Part shown: positions 9,292-19,479 of the stretch, piece by piece
How positions within the stretch are numbered: the stretch's first letter is position 1
Layout: every line of letters begins with the position of its first letter
Source: Bdellovibrionales bacterium
Lineage (GTDB): Bacteria > Bdellovibrionota > Bdellovibrionia > Bdellovibrionales > UBA840
Reading direction: 5' to 3'
Assembly: GCA_045110695.1 (NCBI GenBank)
Contig: JBGCGH010000027.1
Coordinates: forward strand, 20,219 to 84,218
DNA length: 64,000 nucleotides
Translations under genes and position numbers: made by a program
The notes under the pieces: model-generated
Database searches by the model: none
What the model was told of the DNA's origin: nothing
Seen by the model: only the letters and a program-made list of their open reading frames with translations

Positions 9292-9739
9292 CTACTTTTC
9301 CCATTTTAATATCTTCGTATTTTAATTCTTTTTTCTTATTTAATAGCTCGTAAATAGCTTTCACAAGTGTCTCTTCCCTTGGTGGACAACCGGGCACATA
9401 AATATCAACGGGAAGAATTTCATCCATTTTATAAACATCTTTATCAAGCTCTTTAAAAAGAGAGGCGGATATGGCACAAGTTCCAATTGCCATAACTTTT
9501 GTATCTTTAGGCATTTGTTTATGGTCTTGAATCAGTTTTTGAGAAAGTGCCTGGTTGATCCAACCCCCAACAATTAGAAGATTGGCTTCACTTGGGCTAT
9601 TTGGAATCTCCAAAACTCCAAGCCTTGCTAAATCATGAATTGAACTTTGAAAAACAGGAGATAATTCCCCACAGCAGCCTGTTAGAAAGACCCAAGGTCG
9701 AGCAACACTTGGCGTATACTTTTGCAAAAAACTTCGCAA
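9278..9739 (-). CDS. NuoB-like Fe-S protein (divergent paralog)
   Basis: GCCGE, DLARLG, SPSEANLLIVGG, AIGTCA, PVDIYVPGCPP; TTG start with GAGGGGGAG RBS. Confidence 0.9.
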   Translation of the reverse strand: MRSFLQKYTPSVARPWVFLTGCCGELSPVFQSSIHDLARLGVLEIPNSPSEANLLIVGGWINQALSQKLIQDHKQMPKDTKVMAIGTCAISASLFKELDKDVYKMDEILPVDIYVPGCPPREETLVKAIYELLNKKKELKYEDIKMGKVDEYF

Positions 9740-9936
9740 GAACTCCCCCTCAATAAACCCGTTTTGAAAAAGGATTTATCTCACTATTTTCAATAGGTTA
9801 AAGGTTTTATTCAAGGGCTTTTCACAGGAATCTTAAAAATAGTCATTCCACCCCCTAGAAAACTCAAGTTTGCTTACTTTCGCAACGAACAAGCTACCAT
9901 GGCAGGGAGGACAATGGGCCTTACTTCATCAATATA

Positions 9937-10194
9937 TTGGTGGACTTAAAGCCCGGTGAATACTTGATCAAATCCACCAGAACACTCAGTGTTATAGGCG
10001 AAATCCCAGGCTTTGAAAAAAATATTTACATTTACTTACCTAAAAAAACACGCCCTACCTCTCTAAATTTGAGGTGCTCGGATCTCATTTCCCAAGAATG
10101 GGATAAAGGAAACGAAGCTCATGGTTTATTAAAATATAAAACCAAACAAGGGACCTCTACAGGATATAGAAAAATGAAGCTATTTAGCCTTTGA
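9937..10194 (+). CDS. Hypothetical protein (start uncertain)
   Basis: ORF only. The frame is open back to 9859, but the strong RBS/ATG at 9914 is in another frame. Confidence 0.3.
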   Translation: MVDLKPGEYLIKSTRTLSVIGEIPGFEKNIYIYLPKKTRPTSLNLRCSDLISQEWDKGNEAHGLLKYKTKQGTSTGYRKMKLFSL

Positions 10195-11043
10195 AATAAA
10201 ATCAAATGCCTGGCTAACAAAACGAAAACTTTCCACATCCATTCCATCACTGCTCAAAACACCTGAAATTAGAATTCGCCTTTCATTTCCTTGTCGATCG
10301 GGAGTGAAATCAATATCAAATATTCCAGTTCTAGGGTCCCATTGTACTGGCACTCTTGAAAAACCAACAAACAAATAGCTTGTTTCCATCGTAGATATTG
10401 AAGCAATCAAAGGACTATCCTTCAAACCCGGGTAGTAATCAAAAGAGATACTAACATCATCAAACTTCTTAGTTTCACCAATTTTTATTAGCTCACCCTG
10501 GTACACACCTTTGATTTGAGAGAATTGCCTTCTCATTCTAGATCTTCTTTCAGGCTCTTCAATTTGAGAAACTACCTTAGAAAGCCTTTCAACATCTAAC
10601 TTTCCCACAAAGCCGTTTTGATCCCATTCAGCAATAATCCTAGCAGATTCCCAACTACCAATTATTGTGTCTCCAGACTCAGGAAGTAACATACTAAACT
10701 CCCCTCTCTCGTCATAGCGTACATTAAACACTCTTTCTTCATTGGAATAAAACAGGTTTTCATAACGAAGCTGCCCCTTTAACCTAGGCAAGGTGTAAAT
10801 ATCTCCGTTCTCATCCTGACCTTGAACTTCATTCACATAGAAAAGCCTGACTTCTACTTGATAGTTATTTCCGTCTACATGCTCCAGACTTCCAGAGTAT
10901 ACCCCTTGAACCTGAACACCTAAGCGTTCTAACCTCGTTTTCTGTCTTTCAATTTCGGAGTTTTCGATGTTCTTATCTTCTAATCCAAAATCATAGCCAC
11001 AAGCCGAAACAAGAAACAAAATACTGAATAGGGATTTTTTCAT
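10180..11043 (-). CDS. Hypothetical lipoprotein with internal duplication
   Basis: Lipobox LVSAC; repeated segments QVQGVYSGSL and QIKGVYQGEL. Confidence 0.8.
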   Translation of the reverse strand: MKKSLFSILFLVSACGYDFGLEDKNIENSEIERQKTRLERLGVQVQGVYSGSLEHVDGNNYQVEVRLFYVNEVQGQDENGDIYTLPRLKGQLRYENLFYSNEERVFNVRYDERGEFSMLLPESGDTIIGSWESARIIAEWDQNGFVGKLDVERLSKVVSQIEEPERRSRMRRQFSQIKGVYQGELIKIGETKKFDDVSISFDYYPGLKDSPLIASISTMETSYLFVGFSRVPVQWDPRTGIFDIDFTPDRQGNERRILISGVLSSDGMDVESFRFVSQAFDFISKAK

Positions 11044-11052
11044 TTTTCCACC

Positions 11053-12483
11053 TTAGTTTGTTAGTTGAACCAATTCGTCTCTCAGAGCTGAGTACTGGTT
11101 TAAACTCATATGATAGCGTCCAATGGACTGAATTTTATTTGTTTCAGCACTGGATAATGCGTTATAAGCATCAATCAACTGTTTTACTTCCAACCTACCT
11201 TGGCGATAGGCTGCCTTAATTTCCTTTGCAGCTCTTTCCCTTGCTTTCAGAAGATCCACAGCACTCTTCGCAACAGAATAGGACGACTGAACCTCTTTTT
11301 GAAAACTCATTAAATCAGCTGTAAGTTGGTCCTTGAGTTTTTGTAACTCTAGTTCCATAATTTTCTTATTCGCATTGGCATGTCTGACTTCTGCACCTCG
11401 GGAATTATCCCCCAAAGCAAAACGAAATCTTAAACCGGCATAATAAGTAGGTTTAGCGATGGAGCTAAGTTCTGTAAAAGCTTCGCCCGCCTCAGTATCC
11501 ACCCCGGTACTACTAAGCTTGGCTATAAATTTTAATTCAGGCTTTGCTTTTGATTTGGCTATTTTAACCTGGTTAATGAGACTTTCGATTTCGATCATTT
11601 TGCTTTTTAATTTTCTGAGATCACTGATAACTTTTTCTTCGATTTTTGGAGGCTCTGGAATCAACTCAGATACACTGAAATCTAAATCCTTAGCTGGATC
11701 CAGTTTTAAAAGTCTTTTTAAGTTCTCAGACTTACGTATATAGTCCAATGAGGCGGTTTTAACTTTTTGCTCTTGGATGATAAGCTCTGCTTGTGTTTGC
11801 GGAAGCTCGGCTGGAGCTGCGTAGCCCACTTTTTTCTTATTTCTTACTATACGACTCAAATCTTGATAGCGTTTTCGAGAGGCAAAAGATTCTTCCAGAG
11901 TTTCTTTCGCAGTGAAACTTTGCCAAAACATCTCCATTGTATTGAGAATCAGCTCTTCCGTTGCTTCTGATCTTTCAAACTCGTGCTTATTTTGATTTAA
12001 CTCAGCATTCAAAATTTCTAAACGGTCAACGATACCAAAGGAGTTTCTAATTAGGTTTTGTTCGTAATTTAACTCCAATACATCCATAAACTGCCGGGAG
12101 GCTTGTCCCCGACTTAAATTAAAAGTGGCTAGATCATTGTTTTGACCAATTGCTTTATAGGATAGATCTAAGTCTCCTCCACCACTAAACTTCTTTCTAA
12201 AGCCTAAAAGGTAACTCAATTCCTGAGTCGATTCATTTTGAAATCCCTGGAGAGTTTCTGCCTCTGTATACATATAGTCCGTACTTAGTTCAAAAATATA
12301 GTCGTAGCGAGCTAGTATTCTAGCTTTTTCTACCCACTGACTCTCCCTTTGTTTAGTAATTATTTGCGCCTGATCAGAAGACTTCAAAACCATATCTACC
12401 ACTATTTGTGGACTTAAGGGCAAAGATGCATTTGCCATCGAGCTAACCAATAAGACTAAAGAGCTTAAAAATACATTTTTCAT
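11053..12483 (-). CDS. TolC-family outer membrane efflux protein
   Basis: Signal peptide and two OEP repeats (KKKVGYAAPAEL; AYRQGRLEVKQLIDA). Confidence 0.85.
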   Translation of the reverse strand: MKNVFLSSLVLLVSSMANASLPLSPQIVVDMVLKSSDQAQIITKQRESQWVEKARILARYDYIFELSTDYMYTEAETLQGFQNESTQELSYLLGFRKKFSGGGDLDLSYKAIGQNNDLATFNLSRGQASRQFMDVLELNYEQNLIRNSFGIVDRLEILNAELNQNKHEFERSEATEELILNTMEMFWQSFTAKETLEESFASRKRYQDLSRIVRNKKKVGYAAPAELPQTQAELIIQEQKVKTASLDYIRKSENLKRLLKLDPAKDLDFSVSELIPEPPKIEEKVISDLRKLKSKMIEIESLINQVKIAKSKAKPELKFIAKLSSTGVDTEAGEAFTELSSIAKPTYYAGLRFRFALGDNSRGAEVRHANANKKIMELELQKLKDQLTADLMSFQKEVQSSYSVAKSAVDLLKARERAAKEIKAAYRQGRLEVKQLIDAYNALSSAETNKIQSIGRYHMSLNQYSALRDELVQLTN

Positions 12484-12486
12484 GTT

Positions 12487-13194
12487 TTACCAAATACTTC
12501 CAATTCCCAGCTGAACATTCGTTGCAGGGGTTTTTAATATTGATTCAGAACCTTTTAACTCATGATTCAGTCTTAGATAAGTATTCCAGTTCTTTGCAAA
12601 TGGACCATACATTAGCTCTATCTCATAGAAGCTATTGATACTTTTAAATTGTTGATCAAAACGACCAGACTCACTCGCCTGTATCTGCTGACTACTACCA
12701 ATATCTAATGAACCCAAAATTTGAAGGCGCTCTCGCGAAAACAGTAGCTGACTTAGCCCCACTTTGAACTGCAGAAAATTAATATTTATACGATCAATAT
12801 CTTCTGACCCAAATGCGCGTTCAGCTCTCCAAAAAGCATAGTTTAGCCCCGCTCTCCATTTCGTATTTGCGAACCATATTCTTCTAAACTCAACTCCATA
12901 TAGATTTAAATTATCAAATTTTTCTGCTCTAGAGCTATCCAACAAAATACTTCCTGAGGGCTGAAAGGATTGGATCAAAAAAACCAGCTCGTCTTCATTC
13001 ACAATACTTTTCATGGAAGAAATAGAGTCTACTTGGACAGTCGCAATTTTTGTGTTCGAATCGATAATAGAATTAGATTCAGAGGCGCTAGAAGCCAATT
13101 CTTTTTTGGCTTGATCTAGTAAACTCGTAGCTCGCAAACTCAAAGAGAGAAAAAAAACAAGAAACAAACTAAAATGAAAAAACTTAAAACTCAT
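12487..13194 (-). CDS. Hypothetical exported protein, probable outer-membrane beta-barrel
   Basis: Signal peptide, alternating beta-strand patterns, C-terminal QLGIGSIW. Confidence 0.6.
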   Translation of the reverse strand: MSFKFFHFSLFLVFFLSLSLRATSLLDQAKKELASSASESNSIIDSNTKIATVQVDSISSMKSIVNEDELVFLIQSFQPSGSILLDSSRAEKFDNLNLYGVEFRRIWFANTKWRAGLNYAFWRAERAFGSEDIDRININFLQFKVGLSQLLFSRERLQILGSLDIGSSQQIQASESGRFDQQFKSINSFYEIELMYGPFAKNWNTYLRLNHELKGSESILKTPATNVQLGIGSIW

Positions 13195-13235
13195 TATATT
13201 CCCCCCGGATTATGGGTAGTTTTATCTCGGCCAAT

Positions 13236-13251
13236 TTAATCAATCAATTAA
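13236..13251. promoter_or_regulatory. Candidate TetR operator
   Basis: TTAAT-CAATCA-ATTAA inverted repeat between divergent tetR and the tolC operon. Confidence 0.5.
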
Positions 13252-13291
13252 TTTGTTTGCTTTGGCGCAGCTGGTCTGCTAAGCCTCTCTC

Positions 13292-13918
13292 ATGAGCCAA
13301 GCGAGTGAATCTAATAGTTCAGCAGGATATGGAGATGGTAAAGAAGCCATCTTAAAATCTGCTATTTATTTATTCACCAGTAAGGGCTATCAAAAAACCA
13401 CACTAAAAGATCTAAGCGCTGAATCAGGAGTAAATACGGCATTAATAAGCTATCATTTTGGCGGAAAAGAGGGCTTAATGAGAGCAGTTCTAGAAAAAAA
13501 GCTCTCGATTTTTGACCAAATGTTTCTACCCTCTGAAAAACTGGGAAGCTCCATCTCTATGGACAACTTTATCCACTTTATAGATCGCAGTCTGGAAGAG
13601 TTCCACAAAGACGCGAGCTTCTTTCATGTAATACAGTGGAACTACCTCGATGGAGGGATGTTTGCTGAAACTATAAACGATAAGGTTTGTCAGAGAATAG
13701 AGGAAAGAATAGCCAAGGTAATCAGGATTCTAAATCCTAAATTAAGCCAAGAAGATGCGATGGTTAGTGTACTTATGCTAGGAAGTCTTTTGATGAAGTA
13801 TGCGGAACTAAAATGGCACTATCCCAAATTTAGATCTTTCAAAGAGCCTAATCCTGATTTCCAAAAGCGCTTTAAAACCAGATTGCTAAAACAAATCAAA
13901 CACCTTATTCATTCATAA
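13292..13918 (+). CDS. TetR/AcrR family transcriptional regulator
   Basis: ILKSAIYLFTSKGYQKTTLKDLSAESGVNTALISYHFGGKEGL HTH. Confidence 0.95.
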   Translation: MSQASESNSSAGYGDGKEAILKSAIYLFTSKGYQKTTLKDLSAESGVNTALISYHFGGKEGLMRAVLEKKLSIFDQMFLPSEKLGSSISMDNFIHFIDRSLEEFHKDASFFHVIQWNYLDGGMFAETINDKVCQRIEERIAKVIRILNPKLSQEDAMVSVLMLGSLLMKYAELKWHYPKFRSFKEPNPDFQKRFKTRLLKQIKHLIHS

Positions 13919-13943
13919 AAAAGCCTCCAAAAAATTTGGAGGC
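13917..13943 (-). terminator. Intrinsic terminator of the nuo operon
   Basis: GCCTCCAAA-AAA-TTTGGAGGC hairpin with an A-run on + (U-tract on -). Confidence 0.75.
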
Positions 13944-14023
13944 GTATCAATCGAAAGTTATATTTACGTAGGCCTACTTAAAAAAATCATATTTCAAAGA
14001 AAAATTAGGTTTAGCAAGAAAAA

Positions 14024-14548
14024 CTAAATTCCTGCCTTATGCCTCTCATCTTCATCCAATACAGACTGAACTCCTCCTTGAAGATTTGGTCTTCTCGTGA
14101 GATGAGCGATATCATGAACAAAGCTAGATCCATTTAAACCAGCGTTTTGCCACTCTGGTCCCATTCTAACCGCGTCCACAGGACAGGCCTCCTCACAAAA
14201 TCCGCAATAAACACATCTTAATGTATCTATCTCATAAGATATTGGAAACTTCTCTACACTCGGATCATCATGCTCGGCCGCCAAAATAGTAATACAGTTG
14301 GCAGGACAATTAGTCGCGCATAGCATACAAGCTGTACATCTAATACTTCCGTCCTTTTTCACTGTTAAAACATGGCTGCCTTTAAAGCGTGGTCCATACT
14401 CATATTTTTCTTCTGGGTAATTTAGAGTAAGAAGCTTATCTTTATTAAAGATATTTTTAATCATGTTAGAAAAAGTGATACCCATTCCCCTAAGTATTGG
14501 AGGTAGGTACCAACTATTTTTTAACTCAGGCCTTTTAACTATACTCAT
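14024..14548 (-). CDS. nuoI: NADH-quinone oxidoreductase subunit I
   Basis: TLNYPEEK, CTACMLCATNCP, CVYCGFCEEACP. Confidence 0.95.
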   Translation of the reverse strand: MSIVKRPELKNSWYLPPILRGMGITFSNMIKNIFNKDKLLTLNYPEEKYEYGPRFKGSHVLTVKKDGSIRCTACMLCATNCPANCITILAAEHDDPSVEKFPISYEIDTLRCVYCGFCEEACPVDAVRMGPEWQNAGLNGSSFVHDIAHLTRRPNLQGGVQSVLDEDERHKAGI

Positions 14549-16023
14549 GCTAAAGCTCCTATTTTAATTTCGCTTCCCGAAACCAGGAAACCAAATTGAC
14601 CAAGGTTTAATGCGTTGGAGACAACAAGTCGCATAGCTCTAAGCTTTTGCTCTTTACCGTCGTAGTTCGTAAAAGTTCCGTCTTTTTCAACCCAAGTTTT
14701 CGTTGGAATTAAGCAATCTAGTTCCTTAAATGCAGAGCTTGGATTAGAACCTAGCCATACAACGTAGTCTGCCTTTCTGGCCGCTTTCGCTTTTTCCTCA
14801 AGGTCCTTATATACCTCTTGATTTTCAGGCCCTGCGACGATCAACATTTTCACATTCCCAGCGTCAAGTTTACTTGCCAAATCTGAATAGTTTCCTGCAA
14901 AGGAAGAATCACTCATCGCCTTTTTCAAGCCAGCAGTATTTGGATTTTTATCTCCACGGATTAAAAGTCCATCAAAATCTTCAGCAATCTCTTCGTCGTG
15001 GTTCCATCTGTAGACATTGGAGACTCCCATAGATTTCATGCTAGAGAAAAACTCACTATACTCTTCGTTTGTGTACTGAGCCGTTACCAGCACAGAAACA
15101 TTGGAAGCACCAACTTCTTGAATTTTATCTGCCATTTTTTTTGCAGCAGCTCCAGCGTCCAAATATTTTAGCCCGCCATCCTCTCTTAACATTGCTTTTA
15201 AAAGTCTTTGGTCTTTATTTACATAGGTATACGTTTCTCTACCTTTATCACACATCCAGTAACCGTTGTTATCTGGGTTGTAAGCCGGCTTTACTCTGAA
15301 GTATGATTTTTCATTATAGTAAACATTTACGCTACAACCAGTGCTACAACCAGGGCAGGTAGATTCTTTATCATCGAGATACCAAACCCTCTGCTCGAAC
15401 CTAAAGTCCTTAGATGTTAATGCACCCACAGGGCAAATATCCACAGTGTTTACCGAGTACTGGTTGTTCAATGGCTTGTCTTTATGGGTACCAATCTCAG
15501 CATTATCACCTCGATTAAAAATACCCAACTCATGAGTTTCCGTAACCTCTTCAGTAAATCTCACACAACGGGAACAAAGAATACAGCGTTCTGTATCTAG
15601 AACGACCCTTTCTCCGAGACTTACCACTTTTCTTTTCTTTACTTTATTTTCAGCCATCTCTGAATTGTACTCACCAAATTCCATGTACTGATTTTGCAAT
15701 TCGCACTCACCAGCTTGGTCACATATTGGACAATCTAATGGATGGTTGATTAAGTGAAACTCTAAACCCCACTTGACGGCTTCCTTCACTTTTTCACTAT
15801 TGTTATTTACGATCATGCCTTCTGTAACTTGCGTATTACAGGCAATCGTTAGCCTAGGCATGCCTTCCACTTCCACCATACAAAGTCGGCAGACTCCAGC
15901 AACACTAAGCCCAGGATGCCAACAATAATGAGCGATAGATTCATCGGCTTGCTTGAAGGCCTCAATAACTGAGGTCCCCTCTTTGACTTCGATCTCTTTT
16001 CCATTAACCGTGCATTTGAGCAT
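14545..16023 (-). CDS. nuoG: NADH-quinone oxidoreductase subunit G (short form, 492 aa)
   Basis: HYCWHPGLSVAGVCRLC, HPLDCPICDQAGEC, CILCSRC...CPVGAL, CPGCSTGC...WMCD. Confidence 0.93.
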   Translation of the reverse strand: MLKCTVNGKEIEVKEGTSVIEAFKQADESIAHYCWHPGLSVAGVCRLCMVEVEGMPRLTIACNTQVTEGMIVNNNSEKVKEAVKWGLEFHLINHPLDCPICDQAGECELQNQYMEFGEYNSEMAENKVKKRKVVSLGERVVLDTERCILCSRCVRFTEEVTETHELGIFNRGDNAEIGTHKDKPLNNQYSVNTVDICPVGALTSKDFRFEQRVWYLDDKESTCPGCSTGCSVNVYYNEKSYFRVKPAYNPDNNGYWMCDKGRETYTYVNKDQRLLKAMLREDGGLKYLDAGAAAKKMADKIQEVGASNVSVLVTAQYTNEEYSEFFSSMKSMGVSNVYRWNHDEEIAEDFDGLLIRGDKNPNTAGLKKAMSDSSFAGNYSDLASKLDAGNVKMLIVAGPENQEVYKDLEEKAKAARKADYVVWLGSNPSSAFKELDCLIPTKTWVEKDGTFTNYDGKEQKLRAMRLVVSNALNLGQFGFLVSGSEIKIGALA

Positions 16024-17293
16024 ACGTTTGTCCCTTTACTTTTGATCTACCTTCTCTTACGAAAAACTCAAATTCATCTCTGAATTTTTGTACAAAACTA
16101 ATCGTTGGCATTGCCGCCGCATCAGATAAAGCACAAATAGTTTTTCCCATCATATTATTCGCCACCGTTTCCAGTAGATCGATATCTCTGATACTACCCT
16201 CGCCGCTAACAATTTTATGCGTAATTTTATTTATCCAACCAGTGCCCTCTCTACAAGGTGTGCACTGACCACATGATTCATGATGATAAAAGTGCAGCGT
16301 AACTCCCAAGAGATCCACCATACAGCGAGTATCATCAATTATAATTATCGCTCCTGAACCAAGCATAGAGCCCATTTCTTGAAGGGCTTCGTAGTCCATA
16401 GTTACGTTGTAGGCTTCCTCCGCAGTTAAAACCGGAGCACTGGATCCACCCGGAATCACAGCCTTTAGCTTTCTTCCTGGCTTCAAACCACCACACTCCA
16501 CTTCTATCAATTCCTTTAGGGAGTAGCCTAGGGGAACTTCGTAAGTTCCCGGCTTTTGAACATCACCGCTGATGGAAAATAACTTTGTTCCAGCAGATTT
16601 TTCCGTACCGTACTTTCTAAACTCTTCCACGCCATCGCGAATGATATACTTTACAGCGGCAAGTGTTTCTACGTTGTTTACTATAGTTGGCTTTTTTAAG
16701 TAACCTTGAACCGCAGGGAAAGGAGGCTTAAGCTTTGGCTGTCCCTTTAGTCCCTCTAGAGAAGATATCAATCCAGTTTCTTCACCACAAATATAAGCAC
16801 CCGCTCCTGCATATACATCTAACTCAAAATCATAACCAGAGCCTAAAATATTTTTGCCAAGTAAACCATCGTCGTAGGCTTCCTTTAAGGCTTTTACATA
16901 TAAATCATAAATGTGCATATACTCACCGCGAAGGTATATATAGCCTTTCTTACAATTCGTTGCGAAACCAGAAATAATCATTCCTTCTATCAACTGATGA
17001 GGCGCTCTCTCCATCATCAAACGATCCTTAAATGTTCCTGGCTCACCTTCATCTGCGTTACAAAGTAGATATCTATCTTCATCATTTTTAGGTAGAAAAC
17101 TCCACTTCATACCTGTCGGAAAACCGGCCCCACCACGCCCGCGCAAACCAGATTCTTTAACCATATCTATGATTGCTTGTGGCTCCATCTTTAGAGCTTT
17201 AGCTAGAGGCTCGTAGCCTCCGTGCTTTTTATAGCCAGCAATACCGATATACTCTTCGTTATTATAGTGTTCAGATAAAATTTTAGCTTCCAT
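16004..17293 (-). CDS. nuoF: NADH-quinone oxidoreductase subunit F
   Basis: GRGGAGFPTGMKW, NADEGEPGTFKDR, GAGAYICGEET, ESCGQCTPCREG. Confidence 0.97.
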   Translation of the reverse strand: MEAKILSEHYNNEEYIGIAGYKKHGGYEPLAKALKMEPQAIIDMVKESGLRGRGGAGFPTGMKWSFLPKNDEDRYLLCNADEGEPGTFKDRLMMERAPHQLIEGMIISGFATNCKKGYIYLRGEYMHIYDLYVKALKEAYDDGLLGKNILGSGYDFELDVYAGAGAYICGEETGLISSLEGLKGQPKLKPPFPAVQGYLKKPTIVNNVETLAAVKYIIRDGVEEFRKYGTEKSAGTKLFSISGDVQKPGTYEVPLGYSLKELIEVECGGLKPGRKLKAVIPGGSSAPVLTAEEAYNVTMDYEALQEMGSMLGSGAIIIIDDTRCMVDLLGVTLHFYHHESCGQCTPCREGTGWINKITHKIVSGEGSIRDIDLLETVANNMMGKTICALSDAAAMPTISFVQKFRDEFEFFVREGRSKVKGQTYAQMHG

Positions 17294-17296
17294 CGT

Positions 17297-17779
17297 CTAC
17301 CCTTTTGCCTTTAGGTCAGCAATCAATTGGTCCGTTTTGTCCACGGTCATATTTTCGTTGTATTTGTCTATACCTACCTGAATCACAGGGGCGGTATCGC
17401 AGGAACCTAAGCATTCCACTCTGGAAACAGTAAATAAACCATCATCCGTAACCTCACCCTCTTTCAAATCTAGTTTTTGTAAGATGTGGTCGGTCAACTC
17501 TCTGGCCTTAGCCATAGAACAACTTATATTACAGCAAACTTGTAAGTGGTATTTTCCCGTAGGCTTTTTATTAAACATTGTATAGAAGGTATTCACTTCA
17601 TTGATGTCCGCCTCTGGGATATCCATCAATTTAGATAAATACTCAATGGCCTCTTCAGACACCCACCCGTGTTCTTTTTGAACAACGTAAAGACTTGGGA
17701 TAATGGCTGAGTAAGGAGTCTCATATCTGCCTAATTCTTTTTTAATTTCTTGAACCGAATTTTCTTTTAATTCAAACAT
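17297..17779 (-). CDS. nuoE: NADH-quinone oxidoreductase subunit E
   Basis: TFYTMF, VCCNISC, ECLGSC. Confidence 0.95.
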   Translation of the reverse strand: MFELKENSVQEIKKELGRYETPYSAIIPSLYVVQKEHGWVSEEAIEYLSKLMDIPEADINEVNTFYTMFNKKPTGKYHLQVCCNISCSMAKARELTDHILQKLDLKEGEVTDDGLFTVSRVECLGSCDTAPVIQVGIDKYNENMTVDKTDQLIADLKAKG

Positions 17780-17784
17780 AACAA

Positions 17785-19479
17785 TTACCTATCCAATTCA
17801 CCGGCGATTAAGTTCATACTTCCTAAAATCGAGATTACATCTGCCAACAAGCCACCAGTAATTTGCTCAGGGAAACTCTGATAGATTGGGAAACAAGGTG
17901 GTCTAACTCTTAAACGATAAGGATTTGCCTCACCATCACTGGCCAGGAAGAAACCAAGCTCACCGTTTGCGGCTTCTGTAGCATCATAAATTTCACCCTC
18001 AGGTGGTTTAATACCCTTCATCACCAACATAAAGTGATTCATCAGACCTTCAATATTTCCATATACATCTTTTTTCTCTGGCAAGACGATACTTTTATCT
18101 CTGATGGTATAGTCACCACCAGGGATATTCTTAGCAACTTGTTCGATAATTCTGCAAGACTGTTTCATCTCTTCAATTCGAACAAGGTAGCGATCATAGA
18201 CATCGCCCGTGGTTCCCACCGGAACATCAAAATCTAAAGTTTCGTACCCATAATAAGGCTCTGCTTTTCGTAAATCTAAACCAACACCCGCAGCTCTTAA
18301 ACATGGACCAGTATATCCCCATGCAATTGCATCTTCTGGAGTTACAGCTCCAACACCTTGAGTTCTTTGCATCCAAATTTTGTTTTCAGACAAAAGAGCT
18401 TCGATTTCAGCAACACCTTTACGAATTTCTTTTACTGTATCAAGTACATCCTGGAACCATCCCGCAGGGGCGTCCTGAGCCATACCACCAACTCTGGTCA
18501 TTGAAACTGTAAGCCTTGCTCCGCAAAGTTTTTCAAACAGACTATAGACCATTTCTCTGAGTCTAAAGAGATAAAAGAACCCTGTCAGGGCACCTAAATC
18601 AACGGCATTAGCCCCAACACAAACTAAGTGATCAATAATTCTAGAAAGCTCGGCAAGAACAATTCTCATTGCTTGCGCTTTAGCAGGGATTTCTACTCCC
18701 AACATTTTCTCAACAGTTTTACAGTAACCGATATTATTCATGGGTGCAGAACAGTAGTTCAAACGATCCGTATAGGGAATCACCTGGTTGTAGGGATGAG
18801 TTTCCGCCATTTTTTCGAAACAACGATGAAGAAATCCTAACTCGACCCCAGCCTTCGCCACTTTCTCACCTTCTAAGGCCGCCATGATACGTAGAGTCCC
18901 ATGAGTAGCGGGATGAGAAGGCCCGATATTTAACGGAAGTAAGTCCTTCCCTTCCTCTGGCTTAAAACGAGAACCATCATTAAAATGCAAAGGCATTACA
19001 TCCTTGCAGCTCTGTTGGTGGTTAGGATCGTAGTCTTTTCTAAGAGGATGACCCTCAAAATGATGATGAGTAAGAATTTTAGTTAAGTTTGGATGACCCG
19101 TAAAAATCACACCAAACATATCGTAGGCTTCTCGCTCAAACCAGTTCGCAGACTTCCAAACAACTGTAGCTGAATCCAATACAGCATCTTCATCAGAGAG
19201 ATAGACTTTGATTCTCAAGCGATCAATATTTTTAGTATTAAACAAATGATAGATAACCGCATAACGCCGAGTCATATCTTTATGCCACTTTAAATAATCT
19301 ATAGCAGAGAGATCCATTAAAACATCAAAAGCACCGCTATCTTTTAAGTGCCTGAGGACATCAATAATTTGGCCCTTGGGAACTTCCAAAACATCGTTCC
19401 CAAACTCGTTGGAGAATTTAAAACTCTCCACTGAAAACTTTTGACCCAAATCCTGTTTAAGCTCATCAATTTTACTCAT
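17785..19479 (-). CDS. nuoCD: Fused NADH-quinone oxidoreductase subunit C/D
   Basis: [12 protein letters not shown]...GHPLRKDY (C); [29 protein letters not shown] (D). Confidence 0.96.
   Translation of the reverse strand: MSKIDELKQDLGQKFSVESFKFSNEFGNDVLEVPKGQIIDVLRHLKDSGAFDVLMDLSAIDYLKWHKDMTRRYAVIYHLFNTKNIDRLRIKVYLSDEDAVLDSATVVWKSANWFEREAYDMFGVIFTGHPNLTKILTHHHFEGHPLRKDYDPNHQQSCKDVMPLHFNDGSRFKPEEGKDLLPLNIGPSHPATHGTLRIMAALEGEKVAKAGVELGFLHRCFEKMAETHPYNQVIPYTDRLNYCSAPMNNIGYCKTVEKMLGVEIPAKAQAMRIVLAELSRIIDHLVCVGANAVDLGALTGFFYLFRLREMVYSLFEKLCGARLTVSMTRVGGMAQDAPAGWFQDVLDTVKEIRKGVAEIEALLSENKIWMQRTQGVGAVTPEDAIAWGYTGPCLRAAGVGLDLRKAEPYYGYETLDFDVPVGTTGDVYDRYLVRIEEMKQSCRIIEQVAKNIPGGDYTIRDKSIVLPEKKDVYGNIEGLMNHFMLVMKGIKPPEGEIYDATEAANGELGFFLASDGEANPYRLRVRPPCFPIYQSFPEQITGGLLADVISILGSMNLIAGELDR

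Noticed and set aside
7558-9739. Group 4 [NiFe]-hydrogenase or formate hydrogenlyase
   Set aside because: The large-subunit-like ORF has no CxxC Ni ligands, and no maturation or membrane subunits are adjacent.
9859-10194. Programmed frameshift joining the RBS-led peptide MGLTSSIYWWT (9914) to the 9937 ORF
   Set aside because: No recognisable slippery site or homology support; it could be a decayed or spurious ORF.
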